From Paracoccaceae bacterium (GTDB taxonomy: Bacteria > Pseudomonadota > Alphaproteobacteria > Rhodobacterales > Rhodobacteraceae), in NCBI GenBank assembly GCA_039942715.1, contig JBDVBY010000011.1, forward strand, positions 9,635 through 73,634: DNA of 64,000 nucleotides, given 5' to 3'. This document shows, piece after piece, positions 21,393 through 30,901 of this stretch. The position numbers were made by a program, and so were the translations under genes. Within the stretch, counting starts at the first letter, position 1. Each line of letters starts with the position of its first letter. The notes beneath the pieces are model-generated. The model was not told the DNA's origin and did no database searches. It saw nothing but the letters and a program-made list of their open reading frames with translations.

Positions 21393-21427
21393 CCAAGGCG
21401 GCGACAAAGTCGGCGCTAAACCTCAAA

Positions 21428-24400
21428 TCATTCCGCAGGAATGGCCTCATCCAGACCAACAATTGGGACATCCAGTTTGTTCAGCATCTCTTTTGGGCAA
21501 AGCTGAACAAAGTGGTGCCGCTCCTCATCCCAATGCTGCATCAGCTCAGCGGCCCGTTTGCTGCCGGTCTCCTCTAGATGCATTTCCAACAACTGTTCCA
21601 ACTCGCCCATGTAATGCCCTTCGTTCACTGGCACCGCGACCAGCGTTTCAGGATTCATCATCGTGCGCGCCTGATTGTCGGGATCGTAAAGATAAGCCAT
21701 ACCGCCGGTCATCCCGGCACCAAAGTTCGCGCCAATACGGCCCAAAATCACCGCAACGCCACCTGTCATATACTCGCACCCGTTGGAGCCACAGCCTTCG
21801 ACAACGACTTTCGCGCCAGAATTCCGCACAGCAAATCGCTCACCAGCGCGTCCAGCAGCAAACAGATATCCATCCGTCGCCCCATAAAGAACAGTGTTGC
21901 CAATAATAACGTTCTCATCAGCCACAAGAGGGCTCGCCATGGGAGGCCGTACAACAATGGTGCCACCTGACAGACCCTTACCAACGTAATCGTTGGCGTC
22001 ACCAGATACCTCAAGCCGCAAACCGGGCGCTGCAAACGCACCGAGAGACTGGCCGGCAGAGCCCTGAAGCTTCACCGTCAAATGATCCCGCTGCAATTTG
22101 TTGCGCATCCCAAATCGCTTCACAATATGCGAAGATGTGCGCGTCCCAATGGTGCGATGCGTGTTTTGCACAGCATAGGAAAGCTGCATTTTCTCGCCTT
22201 CTTCAAGGAAGCGCGCGGCATCTTTCACAATCGCTGCATCAAGCGTGTCGGGCACTGCGTTACGCGCGCGCTCGCGATCATAAGAAATGCGATCCGCCCC
22301 ATCGATGGTGATCAGCATCGGATTCAGATCCAGATCGTCCAGATGTGCCGATCCCCGGCTCACCTGAGAGAGCAGATCAGCGCGCCCAATCACCTCGTCC
22401 AGCGATCTTGCTCCAATCTCGGCCAAAATCTCACGCACTTCTTGGGCGTAAAAGGTGATCAGATTAACAACCTTATCGGCACTGCCCGTAAACTTCTCGC
22501 GCAGCGCTTCATCCTGTGTGCAAACCCCAACCGGGCACGTGTTGCTCTGACACTGACGCACCATGATACAGCCCATCGCAATCAATGCGGCGGTGCCGAT
22601 CCCATATTCCTCGGCCCCCATCATGGCAGCCATGACAATGTCTCGGCCAGTGCGCAAACCACCATCGGTGCGAAGCGTGATCCGGTCGCGCAGGTTGTTC
22701 ATCGACAAAACCTGATGCGCTTCGGTCAGGCCCATTTCCCACGGCAAACCAGCATATTTGATCGACGTCGCGGGCGAAGCACCCGTTCCGCCATTGTGAC
22801 CCGAGATCAAGATCACATCCGCCTTGGCCTTGGCCACACCAGCGGCAATCGTGCCGACGCCAGACGACGCAACAAGCTTCACAGTCACTTTCGCACGCGG
22901 ATTGATCTGCTTCAGATCGTAAATCAGCTGAGCCAAATCCTCGATCGAATAAATGTCGTGATGCGGCGGTGGCGAAATAAGCGTCACACCCGGAGTCGAA
23001 TGACGCAATCGCGCAATCAACTCAGTCACTTTCATCCCCGGAAGTTGACCGCCCTCGCCCGGCTTCGCGCCTTGGGCAACCTTGATCTCAAGCTCTTCGC
23101 ATTGGTTCAGATATTCAGCCGTCACACCAAAGCGGCCGGACGCCACTTGCTTGATCTTCGCAGACGGGTTGTCACCATTCGCCTCAGGAACAAAGTGCGC
23201 CGGATCTTCGCCGCCTTCGCCACTGTCTGACTTCGCACCAATCCGGTTCATCGCCACGTTCAACGTTTTATGTGCCTCAGGAGACAGCGCGCCAAGTGAC
23301 ATGCCCGGCGTAACAAACCGTTTGCGGATCGAGGTGATGCTTTCCACCTCTTCAATTGGCACCGGCTTGCCCATCGGCTTAATTGCCATCAAATCGCGCA
23401 AATGGATAGGCGGTGACGCCTTCATCTTCGCACTAAACTGCTGCCACATTGCATAGCTCGCCTTTTGACAAGCGGCTTGCAGCATGTGCATCGCTTGAGC
23501 TTCCCAAGCATGGGTTTCCCCGGAGCGGCGCGATTTATAAAAACCACCTATCGGCAGTACGCTTGTGCCTTTAAAGCCAACGGCGTGAACCTCTTCCGCT
23601 TTAGTTTGAATTCCGCTGACACCAATGCCTGAAATACGGCTATGCATGCCGGGGAAGTATTCATGAACCATCGCGCGGCTCAAACCAACCGCCTCAAAAT
23701 TCAGACCGCCGCGATAAGAGGAAATCACCGAAATCCCCATTTTCGACATGATCTTCAAAAGTCCCGCATCAATCGCCGCACGATAGCGCGCAACCGCTTC
23801 TGTCAAAGACCCATCAATCAACCCACGATCAATGCGATCAGAAATCGAATCTTCAGCCAGATAAGCGTTCACCGTGGTCGCACCACATCCTACCAGCACG
23901 GCAAAATAATGCGGATCAATACACTCTGCCGAGCGCACGTTCAGCGAACAGAACGTCCGCAATCCTTTGCGCGTCAGCCAGGAATGGACAGCGCTTGTCG
24001 CCAAAATCATCGGCATCGCAACCTTATCGTCGCCCTGATGATGATCGGTCAGGATTAAATGACCAGCGCCTGAACGCACGGCATCCTCAGCCTCTGCGCG
24101 AATGCGCTCCAAGGCGGTTTGCAACGCACCCGCGTCGGCATCAGCAGCAAAGGTACAGTCGATCTCAACCATCCCAGCTTCAAACTCTTCAACCAGACGG
24201 CCAAACTGCGCATTGCCGACAAATGGGCTGTCCAGCACGATAATCTCGGTCTGGCTGCTGTCTTGATCCAATACGTTCTTCAGATTGCCAAATCGCGTCT
24301 TCAGGCTCATCACCCGATATTCACGAAGTGAGTCAATCGGTGGGTTGGTCACCTGACTAAAGTTCTGCCGGAAAAAATGGCTCAGCGGGCGATACTTGGT

Positions 24401-25963
24401 CGACAAAACAGCCGACGGCGTATCGTCTCCCATAGAGGCTAGCGTCTCTTTTCCATCCTCGGCCATCGGCGCCAAAATTTGCTCAAGCTCTTCAATCGAA
24501 TAGCCCGCTGCAATCTGACGGCGACGCAATTCAGCCCCTTCAAACAACGGCTTTTCTGTAAGACCAGATAGCTCGCCATCGAGCTCAGAAATCTTGCCAA
24601 CCCAGTCACTAAAAGGGGCGGAAGCGGCCAAAACGTCTTTCATATCCTGATCGTGGAACAGCTTGCCTTCGGTCATATCAACAGCAATCATTTGCCCCGG
24701 ACCTAGCGCGCCTTTTTCAACGACAAACGCTTCATCAACAGGCACCATGCCCGTCTCAGATCCAGCGATCAAAAGCCCATCACCGGTGACCGTATAGCGC
24801 ATCGGCCGCAATCCATTGCGATCCAGACCAGCACAAACCCAGCGCCCATCTGTCATCGCAAGCGCAGCGGGCCCATCCCAAGGCTCCATCACAGCATTGC
24901 AATAAGAATACATGTCGCGCCACGCCTCAGGCAGTTCAACAGCCTGCTTTGACCACGATTCAGGGATCAGCATCGTTTTGGCCATCGGCGCGTTTCGCCC
25001 GGCACGGACTAGAACTTCAAACACCGAGTCCAAAGCCGCCGAGTCGCTCGACCCGTTAGCAATGATCGGCTTGATGTCTTCGGCCATTTCACCAAACGCG
25101 CCCGAGACCATGCGGATCTCGTGTGACTTCATCCAGTTGACGTTGCCCTTAAGCGTGTTGATCTCGCCGTTATGCGCCAACATGCGAAACGGCTGGGCAA
25201 GCCACCACTGCGGAAACGTGTTTGTCGAATACCTCTGGTGATAGATTGCAAACGCGCTCTCAAACCGCTCATCAAGCAGATCGGGATAAAATTCCGCAAC
25301 TTGCTCGGCCAGCATCATGCCTTTGTAAATGATTGAGCGGCACGACAGCGAACACACATAAAGTTGCGACACTTGCGCGGCCGCCGCAGCCTTTTCAATC
25401 CGGCGGCGAATAACGTAAAGCTCGCGTTCAAACGTCTCCTCATCGACACCTTTGGAATTGCTGATCAGAATCTGCTCGATCTCGGGGCGCGTCGCATTGG
25501 CCTTCTCGCCCAGAACCGCAACATTCACCGGCACATGACGCCAGCCATAAATATAGTAGCCCATGCGCAGAACTTCAGTTTCAACGATGGTCCGGCAGGT
25601 CTCTTGTGCGCCAAAATCGGTGCGCGGCAAAAACACCTGACCAACAGCGAGCATCTCTTCAGTGTTCGGTGTATGGCCTGTGCGCTCAACCTGATCGTAA
25701 AAAAACGGCACGGGGATCTGAACATGTATGCCAGCGCCGTCCCCAGTTTTGCCATCCGCATCAACGGCACCACGATGCCAGATCGCCTTTAGCGCGTTAA
25801 TACCGTGCTCGACCACCTTGCGCGACCGCGATCCATCAATCGACACAACAAGCCCGACGCCACAAGACGCATGCTCATTATCCTCGGAATAGAGACTGTT
25901 GTCCGCCATCCACGTGCGACGAGCTTCTTCCGCGGCGGCCCATTCTGCATCATATTTTGTCAT
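21428..25963 (-). CDS. gltB: glutamate synthase (NADPH) large subunit
   Basis: The track ORF extends to 26032. ATG 25963 is preceded by AAGGAGAC and gives MTKYDAEW...EHASCGVGLV, the Ntn amidotransferase Cys. FMN/Fe-S and GXGXG domains follow (SGEGGEDP, LISGHNGGTGASP, CQSNTCPVGV). Confidence 0.95.
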   Translation of the reverse strand: MTKYDAEWAAAEEARRTWMADNSLYSEDNEHASCGVGLVVSIDGSRSRKVVEHGINALKAIWHRGAVDADGKTGDGAGIHVQIPVPFFYDQVERTGHTPNTEEMLAVGQVFLPRTDFGAQETCRTIVETEVLRMGYYIYGWRHVPVNVAVLGEKANATRPEIEQILISNSKGVDEETFERELYVIRRRIEKAAAAAQVSQLYVCSLSCRSIIYKGMMLAEQVAEFYPDLLDERFESAFAIYHQRYSTNTFPQWWLAQPFRMLAHNGEINTLKGNVNWMKSHEIRMVSGAFGEMAEDIKPIIANGSSDSAALDSVFEVLVRAGRNAPMAKTMLIPESWSKQAVELPEAWRDMYSYCNAVMEPWDGPAALAMTDGRWVCAGLDRNGLRPMRYTVTGDGLLIAGSETGMVPVDEAFVVEKGALGPGQMIAVDMTEGKLFHDQDMKDVLAASAPFSDWVGKISELDGELSGLTEKPLFEGAELRRRQIAAGYSIEELEQILAPMAEDGKETLASMGDDTPSAVLSTKYRPLSHFFRQNFSQVTNPPIDSLREYRVMSLKTRFGNLKNVLDQDSSQTEIIVLDSPFVGNAQFGRLVEEFEAGMVEIDCTFAADADAGALQTALERIRAEAEDAVRSGAGHLILTDHHQGDDKVAMPMILATSAVHSWLTRKGLRTFCSLNVRSAECIDPHYFAVLVGCGATTVNAYLAEDSISDRIDRGLIDGSLTEAVARYRAAIDAGLLKIMSKMGISVISSYRGGLNFEAVGLSRAMVHEYFPGMHSRISGIGVSGIQTKAEEVHAVGFKGTSVLPIGGFYKSRRSGETHAWEAQAMHMLQAACQKASYAMWQQFSAKMKASPPIHLRDLMAIKPMGKPVPIEEVESITSIRKRFVTPGMSLGALSPEAHKTLNVAMNRIGAKSDSGEGGEDPAHFVPEANGDNPSAKIKQVASGRFGVTAEYLNQCEELEIKVAQGAKPGEGGQLPGMKVTELIARLRHSTPGVTLISPPPHHDIYSIEDLAQLIYDLKQINPRAKVTVKLVASSGVGTIAAGVAKAKADVILISGHNGGTGASPATSIKYAGLPWEMGLTEAHQVLSMNNLRDRITLRTDGGLRTGRDIVMAAMMGAEEYGIGTAALIAMGCIMVRQCQSNTCPVGVCTQDEALREKFTGSADKVVNLITFYAQEVREILAEIGARSLDEVIGRADLLSQVSRGSAHLDDLDLNPMLITIDGADRISYDRERARNAVPDTLDAAIVKDAARFLEEGEKMQLSYAVQNTHRTIGTRTSSHIVKRFGMRNKLQRDHLTVKLQGSAGQSLGAFAAPGLRLEVSGDANDYVGKGLSGGTIVVRPPMASPLVADENVIIGNTVLYGATDGYLFAAGRAGERFAVRNSGAKVVVEGCGSNGCEYMTGGVAVILGRIGANFGAGMTGGMAYLYDPDNQARTMMNPETLVAVPVNEGHYMGELEQLLEMHLEETGSKRAAELMQHWDEERHHFVQLCPKEMLNKLDVPIVGLDEAIPAE

Positions 25964-26021
25964 CTCAGTCTCCTTGCAGCGCAAACGCGCAGTATTCTTG
26001 AATTCTCTCAGCTTGGTGTTC

Positions 26022-26444
26022 TCAGCCACCAAAAAACGCCAGCGTTTCCGCCTCGGTCATACCCTTTAGATCACCCGCAAATTCGTAACCCGAAGGCCGC
26101 TTATCGGTGAAATACTCACCCACCAGCTTCATGCCGCCGCCATCAGGGAACAGCCCCGAAGCAACATGGTATGCGTCGTGGTGCGGCCCTTGCGCCGTAA
26201 CGCGATAATAAAGCGACGAGCCACAATCGTCGCACCACGCCCGTTCGGCCCAATCCGAAGTCGCGCTTTTCTTGACCGGGCCCTCAATGCGCAGACCGTC
26301 TGATTTCATCGTAATCGCCATCATACCAACGCCTGTCCACGCGCGGCACATGTCGCAGTGGCAAACATGCATGGTATCGCCTTCGGGCGTGCCCGAGATT
26401 GAGCATGCACCACAAAGGCATTTGCCATTCAGCTCTTTACTCAT
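26022..26444 (-). CDS. GFA-family (glutathione-dependent formaldehyde-activating / CENP-V-like) zinc protein
   Basis: 140-aa ORF. Cys pattern GKCLCGAC...HVCHCDMCRAW...WCDDCGSSLYYR is typical of the GFA family. Own RBS (GGGGAG). Confidence 0.8.
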   Translation of the reverse strand: MSKELNGKCLCGACSISGTPEGDTMHVCHCDMCRAWTGVGMMAITMKSDGLRIEGPVKKSATSDWAERAWCDDCGSSLYYRVTAQGPHHDAYHVASGLFPDGGGMKLVGEYFTDKRPSGYEFAGDLKGMTEAETLAFFGG

Positions 26445-26510
26445 CTCTTAACTCCCCATTAAGCGATCGGGTCAGCGACGCTGTCCTTTCGCCATATTTT
26501 ACCTTTCGCA

Positions 26511-26559
26511 CGCACCTACGTAATACCGACGCAATACCGACGTTGTACCGATGCGATGC
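26511..26559. repeat. tandem array of about 4.5 degenerate 11-bp units
   Basis: The plus strand reads cgcacctacgt | aataccgacgc | aataccgacgt | tgtaccgatgc | gatgc. Two units are identical over 10 of 11 nt. Located between the gltD stop (26565) and the GFA start (26444). Confidence 0.8.
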
Positions 26560-26564
26560 TGATC

Positions 26565-27998
26565 CTATTCCGCGGCCACTTTCGCCGAGGCGTTCAGGCG
26601 CTGCAAAATCGCATCCGCGGCCTCGCGCCCATCGCGAATGGCCCAAACAACCAAAGACGCACCACGCACAATATCCCCAACGGCATAGACACTTTCCAGT
26701 GAGGTTTCATGCGTCTCAAAAGCCGCTTTGATCGTTCCCCAGCGCGTCACCTCAAGCTCGTCAACACCCCAAAGAGAAGGTAGTGCTTCAGGTTCAAATC
26801 CAAGCGCCTTAATCACTAAGTCAGCGTCTTCGGTATAGTCCGACCCTTCGATCAATTCCGGCACCTGGCGACCGGTCGCATCAGGCGCTCCAAGCCGCAT
26901 TTTCTCAGCAATAACACCCGTAACGCTATCGCCAGTGAACCCTTTAGGTGCCGTTAGCCAGACAAATTCAACACCTTCTTCCTCGGCGTTTGTCGTCTCA
27001 CGTAGAGACCCCGGCATGTTGGCCCGGTCACGGCGGTACAGGCATTTCACGCTTGTCGCACCTTGCCGCACAGCCGTGCGCACACAGTCCATCGCCGTGT
27101 CTCCACCGCCGATAACAACCACCTTTTTGCCCTCGGCAGAAAGTTCGCCCGAGTCAAACTCCGGCACATCGTCCCCAAAACTTTTGCGGTTAGACGCCGT
27201 CAGGAAATCAATCGCACGCACAATGCCGTCCGCACCGCTGCCCGGCCCTTGTAAATCACGGCTCTTGTAGACACCTGTGGCGATCAAAACAGCACTGTGT
27301 TTTGCGCGAATATCCTCAAACGAGATGTCTTCGCCCACATTGCAATTCAGTACAAATTCAACGCCACCCTCGGCCAGTTGATCATTGCGACGCTGCACAA
27401 CTTCCTTTTCAAGCTTGAAGCCCGGAATTCCGTACATCATCAGCCCACCAGCGCGATCATAACGATCATAGACTGTCACCTGAACGCCAGCGCGGCGTAG
27501 AACATCAGCCGCCGCAAGCCCACCGGGACCAGCACCGATGATGCCGACGCTTTCTTGGCGCTCAACGCTCGGCGCAATGCCTTCGACCCAACCTTGCTCC
27601 CAAGCAGTATCGGTAATGTACTTTTCAACCGAGCCAATCGTTACAGTGCCGTGGCCCGATTGTTCGATTACGCAGTTGCCTTCGCACAGCCGATCCTGCG
27701 GACAAATTCGCCCACAAATCTCAGGAAAAGTATTGGTCGCTTGACTAAGTTCGTAGGCCTCTTTCAAGCGTCCCTCGGCGGTTAGTTTAAGCCAATCGGG
27801 TATATTGTTATGAAGCGGACAATGCGACTGACAGTAGGGGACACCACATTGGCTGCACCGCGCCGACTGCTCTTTCGCTTTAGCGTCGGCGTACTCCGCA
27901 TAAATCTCATTAAAATCTTCACGACGTATAGTGGCATCTCGCTTTTGCGGCATGTCACGTTCTACTGTCACAAACTTGAGCATCGGGTTTTCAGCCAT
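26565..27998 (-). CDS. gltD: glutamate synthase (NADPH) small subunit
   Basis: 477-aa ORF. Contains ARCSQCGVPYCQSHCPLHNNIPDW (Fe-S), IGAGPGGLAAA and VVVIGGGDTAMDC (dinucleotide folds). Confidence 0.95.
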   Translation of the reverse strand: MAENPMLKFVTVERDMPQKRDATIRREDFNEIYAEYADAKAKEQSARCSQCGVPYCQSHCPLHNNIPDWLKLTAEGRLKEAYELSQATNTFPEICGRICPQDRLCEGNCVIEQSGHGTVTIGSVEKYITDTAWEQGWVEGIAPSVERQESVGIIGAGPGGLAAADVLRRAGVQVTVYDRYDRAGGLMMYGIPGFKLEKEVVQRRNDQLAEGGVEFVLNCNVGEDISFEDIRAKHSAVLIATGVYKSRDLQGPGSGADGIVRAIDFLTASNRKSFGDDVPEFDSGELSAEGKKVVVIGGGDTAMDCVRTAVRQGATSVKCLYRRDRANMPGSLRETTNAEEEGVEFVWLTAPKGFTGDSVTGVIAEKMRLGAPDATGRQVPELIEGSDYTEDADLVIKALGFEPEALPSLWGVDELEVTRWGTIKAAFETHETSLESVYAVGDIVRGASLVVWAIRDGREAADAILQRLNASAKVAAE

Positions 27999-28212
27999 AA
28001 GGTTAGCTTTCTATTACTTGAGACGTCGGTGTAAGCTGTCGCGCCAGGAAATAAAAGTCACTTATACTGACCTAATTTCAGTTTTTTTGGCTCCCTCTTG
28101 TGCAACTTATAAAGTCGCGCCTTATTTTAGGTCCGTATCGGACATTAATTCGGACTTCCTTAGAAGTCTCAATCGGTTAGAGTGCGCCAAATTTAACTGC
28201 AAAACGAGCAGC

Positions 28213-29016
28213 ATGCCGCTTCTTCAATTAATCCTTGTCGCTCTTATTCAGGGCATTACCGAATTTCTGCCCGTTTCTTCCTCTGGCCATTTGATTCTTT
28301 TGCCGAATCTGACTGGGCTGGCGGACCAAGGTCAGGTGATCGACGTTGCTGTCCACGTCGGCACTCTTGGGGCCGTCATCTTATACTTCTGGTCCGATGT
28401 CTCTCGCGCCATTCAAGGGCTGCCCAGTGTATTGCGTGGTAAGATTGACAATCAAAATGCGTGGCTTGCGTTGTGTCTGATACTGTCAACCATTCCTGTT
28501 GTCATCGCCGGGCTGATCCTAAAGCTGACCGGCCTCAGCGATGCAATGCGCTCGATTACCGTAGTTGGCTGGGCGACGCTGGTCTTTGGGCTTGTACTAT
28601 ACTGGGCGGATCGCACGGGAACAGATGATAAAACAGCTGAGAACTGGACGCTGAAAGACGCCGTCGTCATGGGTTTTTGGCAAATTCTGGCGCTCATTCC
28701 CGGCACGTCACGCTCGGGTATCACCATTACTGCAGCCCGCCAGTTGGGTTACGCCAGACAAGATGCTGCGCGCTTGGCGATGCTTATGTCGATCCCCACA
28801 ATTCTTGCCACCGGCACACTTCTAGGCGCGGAAGTTGCCTTCAATATGGATGGGGCTGCTGCAAAAGACGCGGCAATTGGTGCTGTTTTTGCTTTTTTCG
28901 CTGCACTTGGAGCGCTTCACTTCATGATGCGGCTATTAAGATCAGTAAGCTTCACGCCTTATGTGATCTATCGAATAGCACTTGGCATTGTGTTGCTGGC
29001 AATTGCCTACACTTAA
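28213..29016 (+). CDS. uppP: undecaprenyl-diphosphate phosphatase
   Basis: The track ORF 27931..29016 has an implausible N-terminus overlapping gltD. ATG 28213 gives MPLLQLILVALIQGITEFLPVSSSGHL, the canonical UppP/BacA start. Also has PGTSRSGITI. Confidence 0.92.
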   Translation: MPLLQLILVALIQGITEFLPVSSSGHLILLPNLTGLADQGQVIDVAVHVGTLGAVILYFWSDVSRAIQGLPSVLRGKIDNQNAWLALCLILSTIPVVIAGLILKLTGLSDAMRSITVVGWATLVFGLVLYWADRTGTDDKTAENWTLKDAVVMGFWQILALIPGTSRSGITITAARQLGYARQDAARLAMLMSIPTILATGTLLGAEVAFNMDGAAAKDAAIGAVFAFFAALGALHFMMRLLRSVSFTPYVIYRIALGIVLLAIAYT

Positions 29017-29993
29017 CCCTTAAGGTTTCGTGCACTTTCCTTGAGCGCGGCATACTGGCCGGACGGTCGAAACTGCCACAAGTATGATGGCAAAGTCGCT
29101 TCAAGCGAAGTCGGCAGAATGCCTAATTCCGCAAAACCCTGCGCGCCATCGCTCACTACGTTATCGCGGCGTAATTCCAACAGCTGATCTGACGTCACAG
29201 GCTGTGGTGCCAATCCACCTGTCAGGAAAGAAAGCGCACCAGTGACACGCGCCATTACACCACCAACCCAGAACGGAAGCGGCAGGACAAGGCGACGACG
29301 ACGAATAACATCAAGCATCATGTGCATTAGCTCGGCAAAGCTTGCCACTTCTGGACCACCAAGCTCATAGGTGCCCGAGGCCGCTTTGCCCACCAAGACG
29401 GCCTCAACCGCCTCGGCAACATCATCAACGTAAACAGGCTGAAACCTTGCGTCTGCACCAAACAACGGCACCACCGGCGAAAGACGCGCCATGGCGGCAA
29501 ATCGGTTAAAGAACTGATCTTCAGGACCAAAAACGACAGAAGGACGCAAAATGGTAGCTTCAGGCATGGCACCCAAAACGTCCACTTCGCCTTCACCCTT
29601 ACTTTGCGCATATTGGCTTGGTCCTTCGGGGTCGGCGCCAATAGCAGAGATGTGCACCATCTGGTCGACACCCTCTTCGGCTGCAATCCGAGCGATACGT
29701 CCGGCCCCTTCGTGCTGCACGGCATCAAAGTTGTTCTTGCCCCGCGCGTCAAAGGTACCAACACAATTCACAACCGCATCGGCCCCGCGCGCGCAAATAC
29801 GCACGCTGTCATCGTCACGGATGTTACAAAGGACGGGTTCAACCTGACCTACGACGCCATACGGCTTTACAAACATTGCCTCGTTTGGGCGCCGCACGGC
29901 CACGCGCACACGCCATCCCTGACGGGCCATCCGTTGCGCAATATAGCGCCCCACAAACCCCGAACCGCCATAGATTGTTACCAATTTCGACAT
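29013..29993 (-). CDS. complex I NDUFA9-like NAD(P)-binding SDR-family protein
   Basis: 326-aa ORF. VTIYGGSGFVGRYIAQRM is a Rossmann GxxGxxG motif. The extended-SDR layout and YAQSKGEGE match NDUFA9/39-kDa-like proteins of alphaproteobacteria. Confidence 0.85.
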   Translation of the reverse strand: MSKLVTIYGGSGFVGRYIAQRMARQGWRVRVAVRRPNEAMFVKPYGVVGQVEPVLCNIRDDDSVRICARGADAVVNCVGTFDARGKNNFDAVQHEGAGRIARIAAEEGVDQMVHISAIGADPEGPSQYAQSKGEGEVDVLGAMPEATILRPSVVFGPEDQFFNRFAAMARLSPVVPLFGADARFQPVYVDDVAEAVEAVLVGKAASGTYELGGPEVASFAELMHMMLDVIRRRRLVLPLPFWVGGVMARVTGALSFLTGGLAPQPVTSDQLLELRRDNVVSDGAQGFAELGILPTSLEATLPSYLWQFRPSGQYAALKESARNLKG

Positions 29994-30085
29994 TGATTAT
30001 CGCCTCTGTCCAATAAGCTTAGACTTAGCCCTGCCGACACCGTCGGGCAAGGAGCATTTATTCGCCGCTTGCAACAGAAAGACTC

Positions 30086-30127
30086 AAAAAAGGCCTGACG
30101 GGTTGTTTACGTCAGGCCCGGTTTTTT
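30086..30127. terminator. bidirectional intrinsic terminator downstream of the CAP-domain gene
   Basis: AAAAAA-GGCCTGACG-ggttgttta-CGTCAGGCC-cggTTTTTT. This is a perfect 9-bp stem (30092-30100 / 30110-30118) with A and T tracts on either side. Confidence 0.8.
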
Positions 30128-30148
30128 CGATGTGTGTGCCGTACCGAA

Positions 30149-30784
30149 TTATCCGATAAAGTTTTGCGTCAACCAAAAGCGTCCGCAATATTGCGCGTTT
30201 GGATCAAAGGCGACTGCCGTTTCAACCTTTTTAACGCGCTTATCTAGGATGTTCTTACGGTGCCCTGGCGAATTCATCCAAAGACTTACCGCGTGACGCG
30301 CCAGTGACGCGTAGGAATGTGCAGGCAGGGCCTTGCCTTCGTACGTCGCAAACTTGCAATTCCCTGAGTCGAGGATTTTGAACCGGCGGTTATCAATCTG
30401 ATAGCGATGCACCATTCCAATGTTTTCCGAACCTGTACGGAATTTAACACCAGATTTCTTGATCCGATCGCGCAACGTCGCTGCGCCTGCAACTGTGCTG
30501 CGATGCGTAAGTTGCTGGGTTTTAGCCATCCATTTACTATGGTTTCTCGCCTCTTTGCGCAGCGAAGTCCCTGCCGACGCAACTTTGCCCAAACCTGCAC
30601 GGCATCGGTGAAAATTCACCTCTACTCGGATTGCTTCGCCCAATAGCTTTTGATTGATACTGGTCGCCGGAACAAATGTGGACGCCGCTTGTTTTGAGAC
30701 TGAACGTGAACACGCATCAGCAAAAGTCGGCATCGAAGTGAGCAGCGCAGCTCCGACACAAAGAGCCGTAATCCGTAAAAACAT
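30149..30784 (-). CDS. CAP/SCP/PR-1-like domain secreted protein
   Basis: ATG 30784 gives the signal peptide MFLRITALCVGAALLTSMPTFADA. The C-terminal motif WMNSPGHRKNIL is typical of bacterial CAP (YkwD-like) domains. Confidence 0.8.
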   Translation of the reverse strand: MFLRITALCVGAALLTSMPTFADACSRSVSKQAASTFVPATSINQKLLGEAIRVEVNFHRCRAGLGKVASAGTSLRKEARNHSKWMAKTQQLTHRSTVAGAATLRDRIKKSGVKFRTGSENIGMVHRYQIDNRRFKILDSGNCKFATYEGKALPAHSYASLARHAVSLWMNSPGHRKNILDKRVKKVETAVAFDPNAQYCGRFWLTQNFIG

Positions 30785-30901
30785 CCGCAAGTCCCTCAAA
30801 CTGTCCCCCAACAGTTATTAATAAATCCACCAAATAGGGCCAAACATTGACGGCGCATTGGCGGACTCTTGAAGATTTCTTAAAGTCTGCGCGGACCGCG
30901 C

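Noticed and set aside
22082-23230. Long antisense ORFs inside large genes: 382 aa in gltB, 360 aa at 40608-41690 in the ABC exporter, 292 aa at 19131-20009 in fadH, 227 aa at 52964-53647 in maeB and 201 aa at 54793-55398 in mutS
   Set aside because: All lie opposite genes with strong family signatures. Their Arg/His/Ser-rich compositions are typical of antisense frames in moderately GC-rich DNA. No motifs or RBS support them.
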